64,000 nucleotides of DNA from Bacteroidetes bacterium RIFCSPLOWO2_12_FULL_37_12 (GCA_001769655.1 MEPC01000024.1:77572-141571), one strand, 5' to 3'. Counted from the stretch's first letter, positions 1 to 10,397 are shown. Notes: a model not told the origin generated them from the sequence alone. A program made the numbers and translations.

Positions 1-1
1 T

Positions 2-391
2 TATAAGTGGAGTGACACTATATCAGGAACCCAGATTGTTCAGCACAAGGATGTAATGGTTTCCATTCTCGATTATCTGGGTATTAATCCCTCCAACGAA
101 AAATATCCCTTAAATTCCTTTGGGGTTTCAGTATTTGATAATACGCAGGAGAAATTTGCCATAACTTACGGGGAGGGAATGTATCAATGGATTCAGGAGC
201 CATACTCTTTCCTCTTTACTCACGAAAGTCCTTCTGGATTATTTAATATAACAGCAGACCCGTTAATGAAAAATAATTTGCTGAAGAAAGAAAAAGTAAA
301 ATCAGAGGAGATGGCACGGAAAATTAAAGCGTATATTCAATATTATAATAATGGGTTAATCAGAAATTTATGGGATGTTGAGATGGAGTAA
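2..391 (+). CDS. LTA synthase/sulfatase-family protein, C-terminal part (5' truncated by window edge)
   Basis: Frame is open from the window edge (YKWSDTISGTQIVQHKDVMVSILDYLG...SFGVSVFD...DPLMKNNL...KAYIQYYNNGLIRN), resembling the C-terminus of Bacteroidetes LTA synthase-family proteins. Confidence 0.7.
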   Translation, partial: YKWSDTISGTQIVQHKDVMVSILDYLGINPSNEKYPLNSFGVSVFDNTQEKFAITYGEGMYQWIQEPYSFLFTHESPSGLFNITADPLMKNNLLKKEKVKSEEMARKIKAYIQYYNNGLIRNLWDVEME

Positions 392-397
392 ATTTTA

Positions 398-1765
398 TCA
401 TTCCACTTTCAAACTCTTCTTCACCACCAAAGACCCTCTTTGCGACTCAATTACCTCCACCGCATCGTTACGCATCAAATACTGACCCAGGGTTCTTGCA
501 TCGTAAACGTGTCCGTCAATTTCTACTTTCCCGCTGGGATGCAGGTCAGTGAATGCAGTGCCTTTTTTCCCTTTCAGTGCATACGGATTTTCAGCGGGGA
601 AATCAGCAGGTATGGTTTCCAGCGAATCATTTAAAACGAGTTTTCTAAACGCTCCTGTGTTAAAAATCCGTTGTCCTCCCCAGAAGACCAATCCCAAACT
701 TCCTATGATGGAAATTAAAACAGCTCCCAGTGCGCGGGTTAACGCTTTTCCGTCTATTCCCGAAAAATCAAAAACCACGTTGTCAATCATGGCAAGCAAC
801 AAGGAACCAAAAATGATGACTATACCTGCAATTCCAATAACCCCAAATCCTGGGAAAGCAAATAATTCAATAACGACTAAGATGATTCCTGCAATAAAAA
901 GAAGTATTTCCCAATTACGGGCAAGTCCTTCCATGTAATAAGGAATAAAATATAAAAGGGCGGCAATAACGGCGGCGGCAATAGGAAAACCAATCCCGGG
1001 GGTTTGTAATTCATAATAAATACCTCCCAGAATAATCATAATAAGAATGCCACTGATAACAGGATTTAAAAACCAGTTGCTTAATTGTTGCACAGGAGTT
1101 AGTTTATAATAAACGACTTCCGAATATTTCAGGTTATGATAATTGATAAATTCTTCCATAGAATTAATTTGTGCCTCACAGAAATGTTGTTTTAATGCCT
1201 CTTTGGTGGTAAGTGTAATTACTTTTCCTTTCGTGATGGTGGAATCTTTTGCACGATACGGGTCCACCATTGCCTCGGCAATTTCAGGATTTCTTCCGTT
1301 GGCTTCGGCGGTTGAACGCATCATGGAACGCATGTAGGATTGAAACTTATCGGGCGCTAATTCTCCTTGCTGGTTTACCACGGAAGCGGCGCCAATATTT
1401 GCGCCATCGGTCATGTATATGCTATCACAGGCAATGGAAATCAAGGCGCCGGCAGATGCGGCATTATTATTTATCCATACATAAACAGGTATTTCTGATT
1501 TAAGAATTTTCGTTCTGATTTTATCAGCATCTTCCACCATGCCCCCGAACGTGTTCATGTCAATAATGATAAGGTCGGCATTATCTTTTGTTGCCGCTTC
1601 AAAACCCAGATTGATGTAACGGGTCATGCGAGGGTCAATCTCTGCTTTTATTTCCAGCACGTATGCCTTCCAATACAGAATGCTTTTGGAGGCGTTGGCG
1701 GGTAAAAGAATAAAAAGCGAGATAAAAACAAAGAAAGGTTGCTGGAGTTTTTTTATGTAATTCAT
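398..1765 (-). CDS. nfeD: NfeD-family membrane-bound ClpP-class serine protease
   Basis: DMNTFGG, AASAGALISIACD, IGAASVV ClpP-like domain; TM bundle with ELQTPGIG/ELFAFPGFGVIGIAG; C-terminal OB-fold TDLHPSGKVEIDG. Confidence 0.9.
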   Translation of the reverse strand: MNYIKKLQQPFFVFISLFILLPANASKSILYWKAYVLEIKAEIDPRMTRYINLGFEAATKDNADLIIIDMNTFGGMVEDADKIRTKILKSEIPVYVWINNNAASAGALISIACDSIYMTDGANIGAASVVNQQGELAPDKFQSYMRSMMRSTAEANGRNPEIAEAMVDPYRAKDSTITKGKVITLTTKEALKQHFCEAQINSMEEFINYHNLKYSEVVYYKLTPVQQLSNWFLNPVISGILIMIILGGIYYELQTPGIGFPIAAAVIAALLYFIPYYMEGLARNWEILLFIAGIILVVIELFAFPGFGVIGIAGIVIIFGSLLLAMIDNVVFDFSGIDGKALTRALGAVLISIIGSLGLVFWGGQRIFNTGAFRKLVLNDSLETIPADFPAENPYALKGKKGTAFTDLHPSGKVEIDGHVYDARTLGQYLMRNDAVEVIESQRGSLVVKKSLKVE

Positions 1766-1840
1766 GAGCCAAATATAAGAATAATTCTGATATTTAGCTT
1801 ATTTTACACATACTGAATCTGTTTCGGAAATTAACAAATA

Positions 1841-1920
1841 AAGAGGTATTGGGGTATAAAAGTATAGAAGAAATATAACGTTATTTGCTCCTTATACCCT
1901 ATACCATTATACCCTATTCC
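1841..1920. repeat. GGTATA/TATACC 7-8-mer micro-repeat, inverted pair
   Basis: gaggtattggggtataaaagtatag ... cttataccctataccattataccct in the divergent intergenic region. Confidence 0.75.
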
Positions 1921-1977
1921 TAATTTCTTTTAGTATATTAATAAACATTTTTGTACTTTTGTTTTTCATAAATCCCC

Positions 1978-2784
1978 TTGAACTTCATCGAACTCCCCTT
2001 TGAATACCCTATCTGGCGAATTGTAGCCGATCCCAGTCATAATTTAATTGCCTTTGAAACACGAAATCATGAATTGCGTACTGTAAAATTTTCAGCGGCT
2101 GAATTAACATCCGGAAAAAAATTATGGGGAGAAGTGGAAATGGAGGAACCCTGGGATGCGGGGCTTGAAGATGTTTCTCACGGAATTGTCTTTATTCATG
2201 GATATCTGAAACAGGGAACTCCGGAGCATAAGGGAATCATAGCCCTTGATGGAAAAACAGGAAAGTTTTTATGGGAAAATAAGGAGTGGGTGTTGTACAA
2301 AAAAACGGATCAGAAAATAATATGTTATGATGCATTTCAGGAATCAAGAAATTATTTTGTAGCAGAACCCGGTAGCGGATTAAAAACTTCAGAAATAAGA
2401 GCATGGGAGACAGTTCAATCCGAGATTTCTGTTTACGAACAAAAAAAAAATGAACCTTTTCAATTTCCGGTTTTAATAAATGAAGATATAGAAAACGTGG
2501 ATTGGAACCGTTGGCAGAATTTTATAGTTGAAGTGACTAAGAGAAAAACGGTTGGAATTATTGAAGGAATGAAAACTTCAAAATTCCGCATATTTTCTTT
2601 TTATTCAACTAAAGAAGGAATATTGAATAATTATTTATTGATTTGTGATTTGAACGGCAAATTGTTATTACATGAATTAATGGCTGAAAAAGTACCTGGT
2701 TACGGAATGGATACTTTTTTCAGTATTTCCGGTAAAATTTGTTATGTGCGGGAAAAAAGGTTTTTTAAGGTAATTTCTGATTAA
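1978..2784 (+). CDS. DUF4905-like protein
   Basis: 268-aa ORF; IWRI...PEHKGIIALDG...MDTFF...YVREK pattern; upstream of a LysM gene; TACTTTTG box at ~1954. Confidence 0.65.
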   Translation: MNFIELPFEYPIWRIVADPSHNLIAFETRNHELRTVKFSAAELTSGKKLWGEVEMEEPWDAGLEDVSHGIVFIHGYLKQGTPEHKGIIALDGKTGKFLWENKEWVLYKKTDQKIICYDAFQESRNYFVAEPGSGLKTSEIRAWETVQSEISVYEQKKNEPFQFPVLINEDIENVDWNRWQNFIVEVTKRKTVGIIEGMKTSKFRIFSFYSTKEGILNNYLLICDLNGKLLLHELMAEKVPGYGMDTFFSISGKICYVREKRFFKVISD

Positions 2785-2793
2785 ACAAAAAAA

Positions 2794-3729
2794 ATGTTTA
2801 TATTACTATTGTTCATTTCATTTCAATTAAATGCAACGCCGGTTGATTCCATAGGTCTGAAAAAAGTCAACGAACAGTGGTTCATCCTCCATAAAATGGA
2901 AATCAGTCAGACGTTTTTTGCTGTAAGCAGAAGGTACAAAATACCTGTTGCTGTATTAAAAGAGGCAAACCTGGGAATTGATTTTGACCATATAAAGGCG
3001 GGAGCTATTCTGCTTGTTCCGTACAATGGAGCAGTACCGGAAAAACAAGAAAAGGTAGCCGTTAAAAATTTATCACCCTCAGATGTAAATTCCACAACCA
3101 ATTATCATATCGTTCTACCCAGACAGAACTTATACAGAATTTCTTTGAAATACGGAGTAACCGTAAATCAACTCAAAGAATGGAATGGATTAGCATCCAA
3201 TGAAATAGAAATCGGTCAAAAATTATTTATAACATCGCCGGGAGAAAAGAAACCGGTTTCCTCAGCGCAGGTTCTGAAATCCAATACTCCTGAAATTGTA
3301 CCAAAAGGCATAGAGCCAGAAAAAACTACAGGAACAGAAAAAAAAGAACCGCTTTTTGTACCTGAAAAAAAGTATGTGCTAAAAGAAGAACCACCTGTCA
3401 ATCCAAAAGAAAATGCTGAGCCCGAATATAAACCGGTAGTTTCTGCAACATCATTCTCAAAAGCAATTACCGAGAATGGATTAGCAGTTTTCTATAACGA
3501 TAATTCACAGATTGACAAATACTATGCGTTACACAGAACCGCTCCCTTTGGCACTATAATTATGGTAAGGAATCCGAAAAATGACGCCCTGGTTTATGTG
3601 AAAATTACAGGAAAATTGTCAGCCACCGGTGAAAATGACAACCTTCTGATTAAAATATCACAAAAATCAGCGGAAAAACTTAAATTTGAGGGGGAAAACG
3701 GGGAGGTGGAATTGTCGTATATATTGTAG
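2794..3729 (+). CDS. LysM peptidoglycan-binding protein with C-terminal RlpA-like (DPBB) domain
   Basis: Signal peptide; two LysM-like repeats (HIVLPRQNLYRISLKYGVTVNQLKEWNGL); C-terminal ALHRTAPFGTIIMVRNPKND. Confidence 0.85.
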   Translation: MFILLLFISFQLNATPVDSIGLKKVNEQWFILHKMEISQTFFAVSRRYKIPVAVLKEANLGIDFDHIKAGAILLVPYNGAVPEKQEKVAVKNLSPSDVNSTTNYHIVLPRQNLYRISLKYGVTVNQLKEWNGLASNEIEIGQKLFITSPGEKKPVSSAQVLKSNTPEIVPKGIEPEKTTGTEKKEPLFVPEKKYVLKEEPPVNPKENAEPEYKPVVSATSFSKAITENGLAVFYNDNSQIDKYYALHRTAPFGTIIMVRNPKNDALVYVKITGKLSATGENDNLLIKISQKSAEKLKFEGENGEVELSYIL

Positions 3730-3731
3730 GA

Positions 3732-5768
3732 ATGAAAAAATCAAAATCATATTTGCTTTTAACTTTACTGTCGGTATCTCCGGTATTCGTTGGATTATAT
3801 AATCCTTGCTTCGCACTAGTTGCTGTAAATAACTTTAGGGCACTTCTAAAAATTCAACCAAATGTCTCCCTCTGGAGGGAGATAAAGAGGGAGGAAAATA
3901 AAAAGATTGAATTTTTAGAAGTGCCCGTAACCTCTTCAGATACCACTAAAAAAACCCCCAAATTCCACCTCATAAAAGGCAAGGAAACACTTGCCCAGAT
4001 TGCGGCGAAGTACAAAATCCCTCAAAGAGACCTGATGAAATGGAACAAGCTCACCACCGCAAAAGTTTCCCCCAACCAAAAAATTCTGTTATACAACCCC
4101 GATTCTACTGAGCAAACAGCGGATGAGCAGTTAGACAAAAATTTATCTGCACAATCTGCACAGTCAGACAAATCACCCCAAAAAACCGGTAACCCGAATG
4201 ACAGGTCCAATGTCTCATCAGAAGAATTACAGGCATTGCTGAATAAAATGAATTACCAGCCAACGGTAATAACCAAAAAGGGGACAGAAATAAAAGTAAT
4301 CCAGGAACAACCCATCCCCAGCCAGATAAAAGATAGCCGGCAAAGGGAAAAAGCAAAAGCCGATTCAGCTTTTAAGGCAAGAGAAATAGAAGAAAAAATT
4401 GAAAAATTAAAAGAAAGGGCAAGAACCGATTCCTTAGCAAGAATAAAAGCGGATCGTGATAAAAAGAAAAACGAAATGTTGCAACGAAAAAAAGAAAAAA
4501 TGAAAGCGGATTCATTGGCTAAAGCTGAAAAAGAAAAACAGAGAATTGCCATTTTGGAAAAAGCAAGAGCTGATTCGTTAGCCCGTGCCGAAGAGGAAAA
4601 AAGGATTAACGCGATAAAAGAAAAAGCCATTGCCGATTCTTTAGCACGCGTAAAAGCTGAAGAAGACAAGAAAAAAAGGATTCGTGAAAAAAGTAAAGCC
4701 GATTCGCTTGCAAAAGTCAATGCCATTCAGAAAAAGGATTCCCTTGAGCGGGTCAAAATGGAACAAGAAAAAATCCGGAAAGAAGCGGAAGCAAAATTAA
4801 CTGCTGGTAATCAGAATTCAAAGCCAAATAGTAAAACAACCTCTACCGGAAAGACAACAGAAAATCCAGTTTCTAAAGACGGACGTGGTAATATAAATGC
4901 GGAAGATGTTGCCGCATTGTTAAAAAAATTAAATGTAAATACTGCGCAAAAGGTTCAATATACACAACAAATCGGAATTCAAGTCAGCGGAGAGGATGAT
5001 TTGAACAACGACCAGATGGTGCGATTAGCATTTTTTTACGATAAGGATATGATACGCGCCGAAGAAAGGGAATTTCATTCGTATGTGGTGGGTACAAAAG
5101 AAACCCTGAAAATCGAAGAGAAAAAAGATACCGCAGTTTTTATTAAACGGGAAGAAAATCCTCAAGATGTTAAACCTGTACAAAATATGGAACCAAAACC
5201 TGTAGAAAGCAAAAAGCCAAATGATAACAATCCGGATGAAAAGAAAAAACCCGTTTCGGATAAATCTGAAGAAAAAAAACCCGATGAAAAGAAAAATCCT
5301 GTTTCCGATAAATCTGAAGAAAAAAAACCGGTTGTAAATCCTACACCTTCTTTAGAAAAACCAGCAGATACAAAAATTAAGGAAAATCCAAAATCCTCTC
5401 AGAAAGAATCATCAGAAACTGACACCACTTCAACAGAAAAACAAACGGATAAGAAATCCGGAATTGAAAAAACAGTTTATGGAGAAATTGAAGAAAAAGG
5501 AATCGCTTATGCATTACTTGGTAAAGAAATTGAGCAGGATGGATTAAAAATCATTCATGCCAGCGCACCCGTAGGCACTACCATTAAAATAACTAACCCG
5601 TTGGTTGATAAATCAGTTTTTGCAAAAGTTTGCAGTAATGAAATGGCAAAAATTCCTGAAAAAGATGTCATCGTTCAGCTCAATAAAAAAGTGTCTGAAA
5701 AACTGGGGTTAAAAAATAAGTTTGTTTTTGTTACATTAACCTATATGGGGAATAAACCTAAAGAATAG
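3732..5768 (+). CDS. LysM protein with long charged ADSLA-repeat stalk and C-terminal RlpA-like domain (paralog of upstream gene)
   Basis: LysM HLIKGKETLAQIAAKYKI...WNKL; repeated KADSLA segments; C-terminal HASAPVGTTIKITNPLVDKSVFAKV. Confidence 0.75.
   Translation: MKKSKSYLLLTLLSVSPVFVGLYNPCFALVAVNNFRALLKIQPNVSLWREIKREENKKIEFLEVPVTSSDTTKKTPKFHLIKGKETLAQIAAKYKIPQRDLMKWNKLTTAKVSPNQKILLYNPDSTEQTADEQLDKNLSAQSAQSDKSPQKTGNPNDRSNVSSEELQALLNKMNYQPTVITKKGTEIKVIQEQPIPSQIKDSRQREKAKADSAFKAREIEEKIEKLKERARTDSLARIKADRDKKKNEMLQRKKEKMKADSLAKAEKEKQRIAILEKARADSLARAEEEKRINAIKEKAIADSLARVKAEEDKKKRIREKSKADSLAKVNAIQKKDSLERVKMEQEKIRKEAEAKLTAGNQNSKPNSKTTSTGKTTENPVSKDGRGNINAEDVAALLKKLNVNTAQKVQYTQQIGIQVSGEDDLNNDQMVRLAFFYDKDMIRAEEREFHSYVVGTKETLKIEEKKDTAVFIKREENPQDVKPVQNMEPKPVESKKPNDNNPDEKKKPVSDKSEEKKPDEKKNPVSDKSEEKKPVVNPTPSLEKPADTKIKENPKSSQKESSETDTTSTEKQTDKKSGIEKTVYGEIEEKGIAYALLGKEIEQDGLKIIHASAPVGTTIKITNPLVDKSVFAKVCSNEMAKIPEKDVIVQLNKKVSEKLGLKNKFVFVTLTYMGNKPKE
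3838..3926. mobile_element. MITE-like element with perfect 20-bp terminal inverted repeats, inside the LysM CDS
   Basis: gggcacttctaaaaattcaa (3838-3857) ... ttgaatttttagaagtgccc (3907-3926); same end family as 42923-43001. Confidence 0.75.
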
Positions 5769-5780
5769 CAGGAAAAAAAG

Positions 5781-7169
5781 ATGCCAGACATTTTTGACCC
5801 GGTTCTGATTTTCGATAAATTTCTTTTTTCAAAGACGTTCTGGGTTAATGCAGTCCTAATTTTTTGCATCTCACTATGGATAAAAAAAAAATGGTTACGT
5901 TCCCATCCTCTTTCCTCCTATTTTTATCCTTTTCTTGCGCTTAAACTTATTTGTAGTTTGATAATTACCTACCTGCAATTCAAACCAGGAGTAGAAATTT
6001 TTAATATAGGTGACTCAGCGCCTTTTTTCAGCATTGGACAACTCTATTATTTTACATTTTTGGAGTCACCTATTAAATACTTTACACAATTATGGAACGC
6101 TTATCCTACTCACCCTTATATATTGAATTTTGGTGAAAATTTTTATGGTTGGATGCTTGTACAACCAAAAGTTTTATTTTTTACTAAAGTATTAAGTTTA
6201 TTCAGCATACTCACTTTTGGCAATGTAATGGCTACCGCATTATATTTTTCTTTTGTAAGCTTTTTAGGTATCTGGAAATTAGTCAGCGCACTAATCAGGA
6301 GTTTTCCCCGTTCTCAATATCTCTTAATCATCGCACTATTTTTATCACCCGGATTATTGATTTTTTCATCCATTATTTTAAAGGAGGCGTTGGTATGTGC
6401 CGGTTTTTTCTTTATAATAGGCATTGCTATTAATTTTGTATTTAATAACCGTAAACCAAAAAAGATCGAATGGTTTTTTCTGGTAATTGCTTTTTTTGTT
6501 GTTTTCAGATTAAAACCCCTTTACCTTCTTCTGCTGATTCCATCCGTCCAGGCATATATGATTTTTTCAAACGGATTATTTTATAGCACAGAAACTATTG
6601 GAAAGGAATGGCTCAGAAAATTATCTTTATTTTTTGGAATGACCATAGCCACCCTATTAGTTGCATTCCTTTTTATTCATCCCGGAAATTTTTCATTATT
6701 GGAATACATTTATTCAGAATATTCTGTTGGATTAAATGATTCAGTTGGTACCCTGCATGTAGAATATAAAAATCTACTGCCCACCCATTTCAGTTTTATC
6801 AAACACATACCATTCTCATTCGGTGCCGTCCTATTCAAACCATTTATCTGGGAGTGTCACAATGCTACTCACTTTGTGGCGGGCATAGAAAATTTTTTGG
6901 TACTTCTGCTGAGCTGTTTTGCTATGAGTGGAATAATTTTTTATTTCTTTTCTGCAAAAATAAATTTTATTTCCTTATTACATCAAAAAGAAATGCATAT
7001 TTGTGTTTTGTTATTATTATTTATCACCACCGGGGCTGTTTTATTGGGATTCACAACTCCAAATTTCGGTACGTTGTACAGATACCGAATAATTTTTTAT
7101 CCTTTTTTTGTTTTTATCCTATTGAGAATAATCCATAAATTTATTACTCATTTTCATGCAACCGATTGA
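5781..7169 (+). CDS. Polytopic membrane protein, possibly GT-C/Wzy-like
   Basis: About 11-12 hydrophobic segments; GDS, KE and NFGTLYRYR motifs of a kind seen in Bacteroidetes glycan-locus membrane proteins. Confidence 0.5.
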   Translation: MPDIFDPVLIFDKFLFSKTFWVNAVLIFCISLWIKKKWLRSHPLSSYFYPFLALKLICSLIITYLQFKPGVEIFNIGDSAPFFSIGQLYYFTFLESPIKYFTQLWNAYPTHPYILNFGENFYGWMLVQPKVLFFTKVLSLFSILTFGNVMATALYFSFVSFLGIWKLVSALIRSFPRSQYLLIIALFLSPGLLIFSSIILKEALVCAGFFFIIGIAINFVFNNRKPKKIEWFFLVIAFFVVFRLKPLYLLLLIPSVQAYMIFSNGLFYSTETIGKEWLRKLSLFFGMTIATLLVAFLFIHPGNFSLLEYIYSEYSVGLNDSVGTLHVEYKNLLPTHFSFIKHIPFSFGAVLFKPFIWECHNATHFVAGIENFLVLLLSCFAMSGIIFYFFSAKINFISLLHQKEMHICVLLLLFITTGAVLLGFTTPNFGTLYRYRIIFYPFFVFILLRIIHKFITHFHATD

Positions 7170-9786
7170 TTCAACCTTTAAAGAACATCTGAGAAAAGGG
7201 TTTTTCCTGTATCTGTTTTATGGACTGATGCTATGTTTGACTATAAATCTTCGGGTAGATTTTTCCCTTCACGATCTTAACTACGGAACAGGTGAACCAG
7301 CATTGAGAAATTTTGACCCTGCATTGCGAGCCAGAATGTTTTATATTTCAGCGTTACTGCTGATATCACTGATTTTATTTTTTGCCTGGATTCAACGTAA
7401 AATTTTCTTTTGGTTGACTGACCATTGGCTCTCTATACTGAATTATACTTCACTGGGAGCACTTTTTGTTTTATATAGTCATATTCAACAGCCATGCTTG
7501 TTTTCAGATCTAAAAAAAATCTATGACCTCCAAGGACTTTTTTCTAACTTTTCATCTATCACCTTTTTTTTTATCATTCACTTGTTGGTTTTTATTTACA
7601 TATTTTTTTCCAACTATTTAAGCCGTTTCTCTTTTTTTTCTAATATAAAGCCAACAATCACCTCCTTTCCCCCTTTCTCCCCTTCTCCCCTTCTCCCCTT
7701 CTCTTTTTCACGTATTTCTCATAGAATAATCCTATACGTGTTCGTTCCTGCTTTTTTTTGTATTCTGCTCTACCAACCCTTATGCCTCGACCTTAATAAT
7801 CTTTTTGAACTGGGAAATCCTGTCTTGTCCATACAGCAGTTTTTTGAATTTGAAAAAATCCCTTTACTTCAATCATTCAATTCTCATTTACTTTCTGAAA
7901 TTGTACCTGGGTTTATTTATTCTTGGTTTCATGGATATACAGGAGATTTATCTTTTCTGCACTATGATTATTTGATTATTGCTGTCAGCCAGATTCTTGG
8001 TTTTTATACAATTTATCTGATAACCGGAAATTTCTGGATTCCGGTATTAGTATTCATTTTTCTTCCGGTCGGTGGTTTTCTGTTTCCACCCATGTTTTCG
8101 CTGGCACCCTTGCCTATTCTTTTATTTGTATTGGCAATACGTAAAAATAATTCATTCACTTTCTTTTTATGGACCTTATCGGTCTTTTTCAATCTTATCT
8201 GGAGAATTGACATTGGAATTTCATCATTGCTTGCTTCCGCCGGAGTGACACTATTCTATTATCATAAAAATTATAAAAGTGTTTTCAGAAATATTTTAAT
8301 ATCGTTGGAAATAATTCTTGCATCTATTCTTCTGCTTTTAATAGGTATTTCAATTATAAAAGGCATAAATCTACTGGAACCACTTCAGTCCATCTATGAG
8401 CATTTTTCGGGTGCCACTATTTATGGAACCAAAGCGCTGAGTATCGAATACGATGCGTTGTTCTTCACACACTATATTATTTTTCCAATCTTGGTGCTTG
8501 TTATTTTGTGCTGGTTACTCCTTTATCGGAAAAATTTTCTTCATTCTGAGGATAATCAACGAACTTTAATTACCATTATATTATTTTATTTTTGTGTCTA
8601 TTATCTTACAAATTTTCACAGGGGACTTATCAGACATTCCTTTGCCGAGCAAGACGACCTGCATGTTTCTACTTTTATTTTCTTAATCCTACCCACTAGT
8701 ATTTATTTGTTTCTACCTCCTGTTATCAATAAAACAAAACTGAATTTGTTGTTTCTGTTGTCAGTCGTTTTATTGTGTTTTCAGTTTAAGCATCCTGTAG
8801 AAAAAAATAATAATATCCAAATACCTTTTGATACATTTATAAAAAGAATTACGGGACAAACATTCGCTTACAGTAGAATTATAAATAAAAATGGCAACTA
8901 TGTTATTCCTGCAAATTTTCTTGATAAAAAATTTAGTGACCTGAAATTATTTAGTGATAAATTTTTAAAAGAGAACGAAACCTTTCTGGATTTTTCAAAC
9001 TCTCCTATGCTTTATTTTTATTGTCATAAAAGAAATCCATCCTATTTTAATCAGGTACCCAATCAACTTTCGACAAAAAAATTGCAGAAGAAATTTTTAA
9101 ACTCAATTAAAAACGAAAACGTTCCCTATCTGATTTTTTCAAGGAATTTTGAGTCGGGATATGATGCACAGGATGAAGTGCCCAATACAGTCCGCGCAAA
9201 TCACATTGCCGCATACCTATTTCAAAATTATATTCCTTCGTTTATTATAAATGATTACAGGGTTTGGATTGGAAAAAATTATATCTCGCGTATAGATAGC
9301 ATATTCATTCCAACATCTTCTCTTATTCCCGACACTTTTTCCCTTAAGCCGGAATCATATAACCTCAGGTATATTCCTTACACACTTGGAAAACTCGACC
9401 TTGATTTTATTGATAAAAAGTTCAAACCGATTATCACCCTGAAGGTGACACTTCCAAATAATTTGAATGAGAATGAATATAGCTGGTCTGTTTCAAAGTA
9501 TGATTCATTAACCATGACTGAATTCCTGTGGTTAAGTTTACAGAACCAGGGTGAGGAAGACATTGAGGCAGTGCTTAGTTATGAAACTAACACTGATTCA
9601 TCGGGTCTTTTAAAATCCTTTGGGCAGTTCAGATTTATTGTTTCCAGCAATAATGATAATCATCACTATATCATTCCATTAAATTCTCAATACGCATGGA
9701 TAAAAAATAAAATAGATGTTCTTAGATTGAATACTACAAAGAGAAATGTCAAGGTGATGAGAGCTGTACTATGCAAATGGAAATAA
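7156..9786 (+). CDS. Large polytopic membrane protein with soluble C-terminal domain (GT-C-like, unassigned)
   Basis: 876-aa ORF overlapping the previous stop; many TM segments, then a soluble ~330-aa tail. Confidence 0.5.
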   Translation: MQPIDSTFKEHLRKGFFLYLFYGLMLCLTINLRVDFSLHDLNYGTGEPALRNFDPALRARMFYISALLLISLILFFAWIQRKIFFWLTDHWLSILNYTSLGALFVLYSHIQQPCLFSDLKKIYDLQGLFSNFSSITFFFIIHLLVFIYIFFSNYLSRFSFFSNIKPTITSFPPFSPSPLLPFSFSRISHRIILYVFVPAFFCILLYQPLCLDLNNLFELGNPVLSIQQFFEFEKIPLLQSFNSHLLSEIVPGFIYSWFHGYTGDLSFLHYDYLIIAVSQILGFYTIYLITGNFWIPVLVFIFLPVGGFLFPPMFSLAPLPILLFVLAIRKNNSFTFFLWTLSVFFNLIWRIDIGISSLLASAGVTLFYYHKNYKSVFRNILISLEIILASILLLLIGISIIKGINLLEPLQSIYEHFSGATIYGTKALSIEYDALFFTHYIIFPILVLVILCWLLLYRKNFLHSEDNQRTLITIILFYFCVYYLTNFHRGLIRHSFAEQDDLHVSTFIFLILPTSIYLFLPPVINKTKLNLLFLLSVVLLCFQFKHPVEKNNNIQIPFDTFIKRITGQTFAYSRIINKNGNYVIPANFLDKKFSDLKLFSDKFLKENETFLDFSNSPMLYFYCHKRNPSYFNQVPNQLSTKKLQKKFLNSIKNENVPYLIFSRNFESGYDAQDEVPNTVRANHIAAYLFQNYIPSFIINDYRVWIGKNYISRIDSIFIPTSSLIPDTFSLKPESYNLRYIPYTLGKLDLDFIDKKFKPIITLKVTLPNNLNENEYSWSVSKYDSLTMTEFLWLSLQNQGEEDIEAVLSYETNTDSSGLLKSFGQFRFIVSSNNDNHHYIIPLNSQYAWIKNKIDVLRLNTTKRNVKVMRAVLCKWK

Positions 9787-9787
9787 T

Positions 9788-10342
9788 TTATTTCTTCCAC
9801 ACAAAAGGCGACTCAAACTCTCTGAACAATGGTAATTTCAAATCCTTTTCTGAAACCACCGGTCCCTGCACTTTCCAGTCAATGTTAATATCCGGATCGT
9901 TGTAGATAATTCCCCCTTCTGATTCCTTATGGTAATAATTTGTGCATTTGTAATAGAAGACGGTATTGTCTTCAAGTACTGAAAACCCGTGAGCAAAACC
10001 ATTCGGAATAAAAAACATAAGCCGGTTCTTGTCGGATATCTCTATGGCAAATGATTTTCCAAAAGTGGGTGAACCTTTCCGGATGTCAACAGCCACGTCA
10101 ATTACTTTCCCGATAATTACGGTTACTAACTTACCTTGAGCATACGGATCATGTTGATAATGCAACCCTCTTACTGTATTCTTTGAGGAAACTGATTGAT
10201 TGTCTTGTACAAAGTCCTCTTTCAATCCCTGTTCATAAAGAAGGTCTTTACGATAGGATTCAAAAAATTCACCACGAGGGTCTTTGAAAACTTTCGGGTA
10301 AATGACAAGCAATCCGTCGAGAGGGGTTTTTTCGATTTTCAT
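9788..10342 (-). CDS. rfbC: dTDP-4-dehydrorhamnose 3,5-epimerase
   Basis: DPRGEFFES, FVQDNQSVS, RGLHYQ, QGKLV, DVAVDIRKGSPTFG, GFAHGF, YKCTNYY; start taken at MKIEKTP. Confidence 0.95.
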   Translation of the reverse strand: MKIEKTPLDGLLVIYPKVFKDPRGEFFESYRKDLLYEQGLKEDFVQDNQSVSSKNTVRGLHYQHDPYAQGKLVTVIIGKVIDVAVDIRKGSPTFGKSFAIEISDKNRLMFFIPNGFAHGFSVLEDNTVFYYKCTNYYHKESEGGIIYNDPDINIDWKVQGPVVSEKDLKLPLFREFESPFVWKK

Positions 10343-10397
10343 TTGCTTATTTTTTTGATACAAATTTCGTAATTTTGCACCAATTATTCAACCTTGC

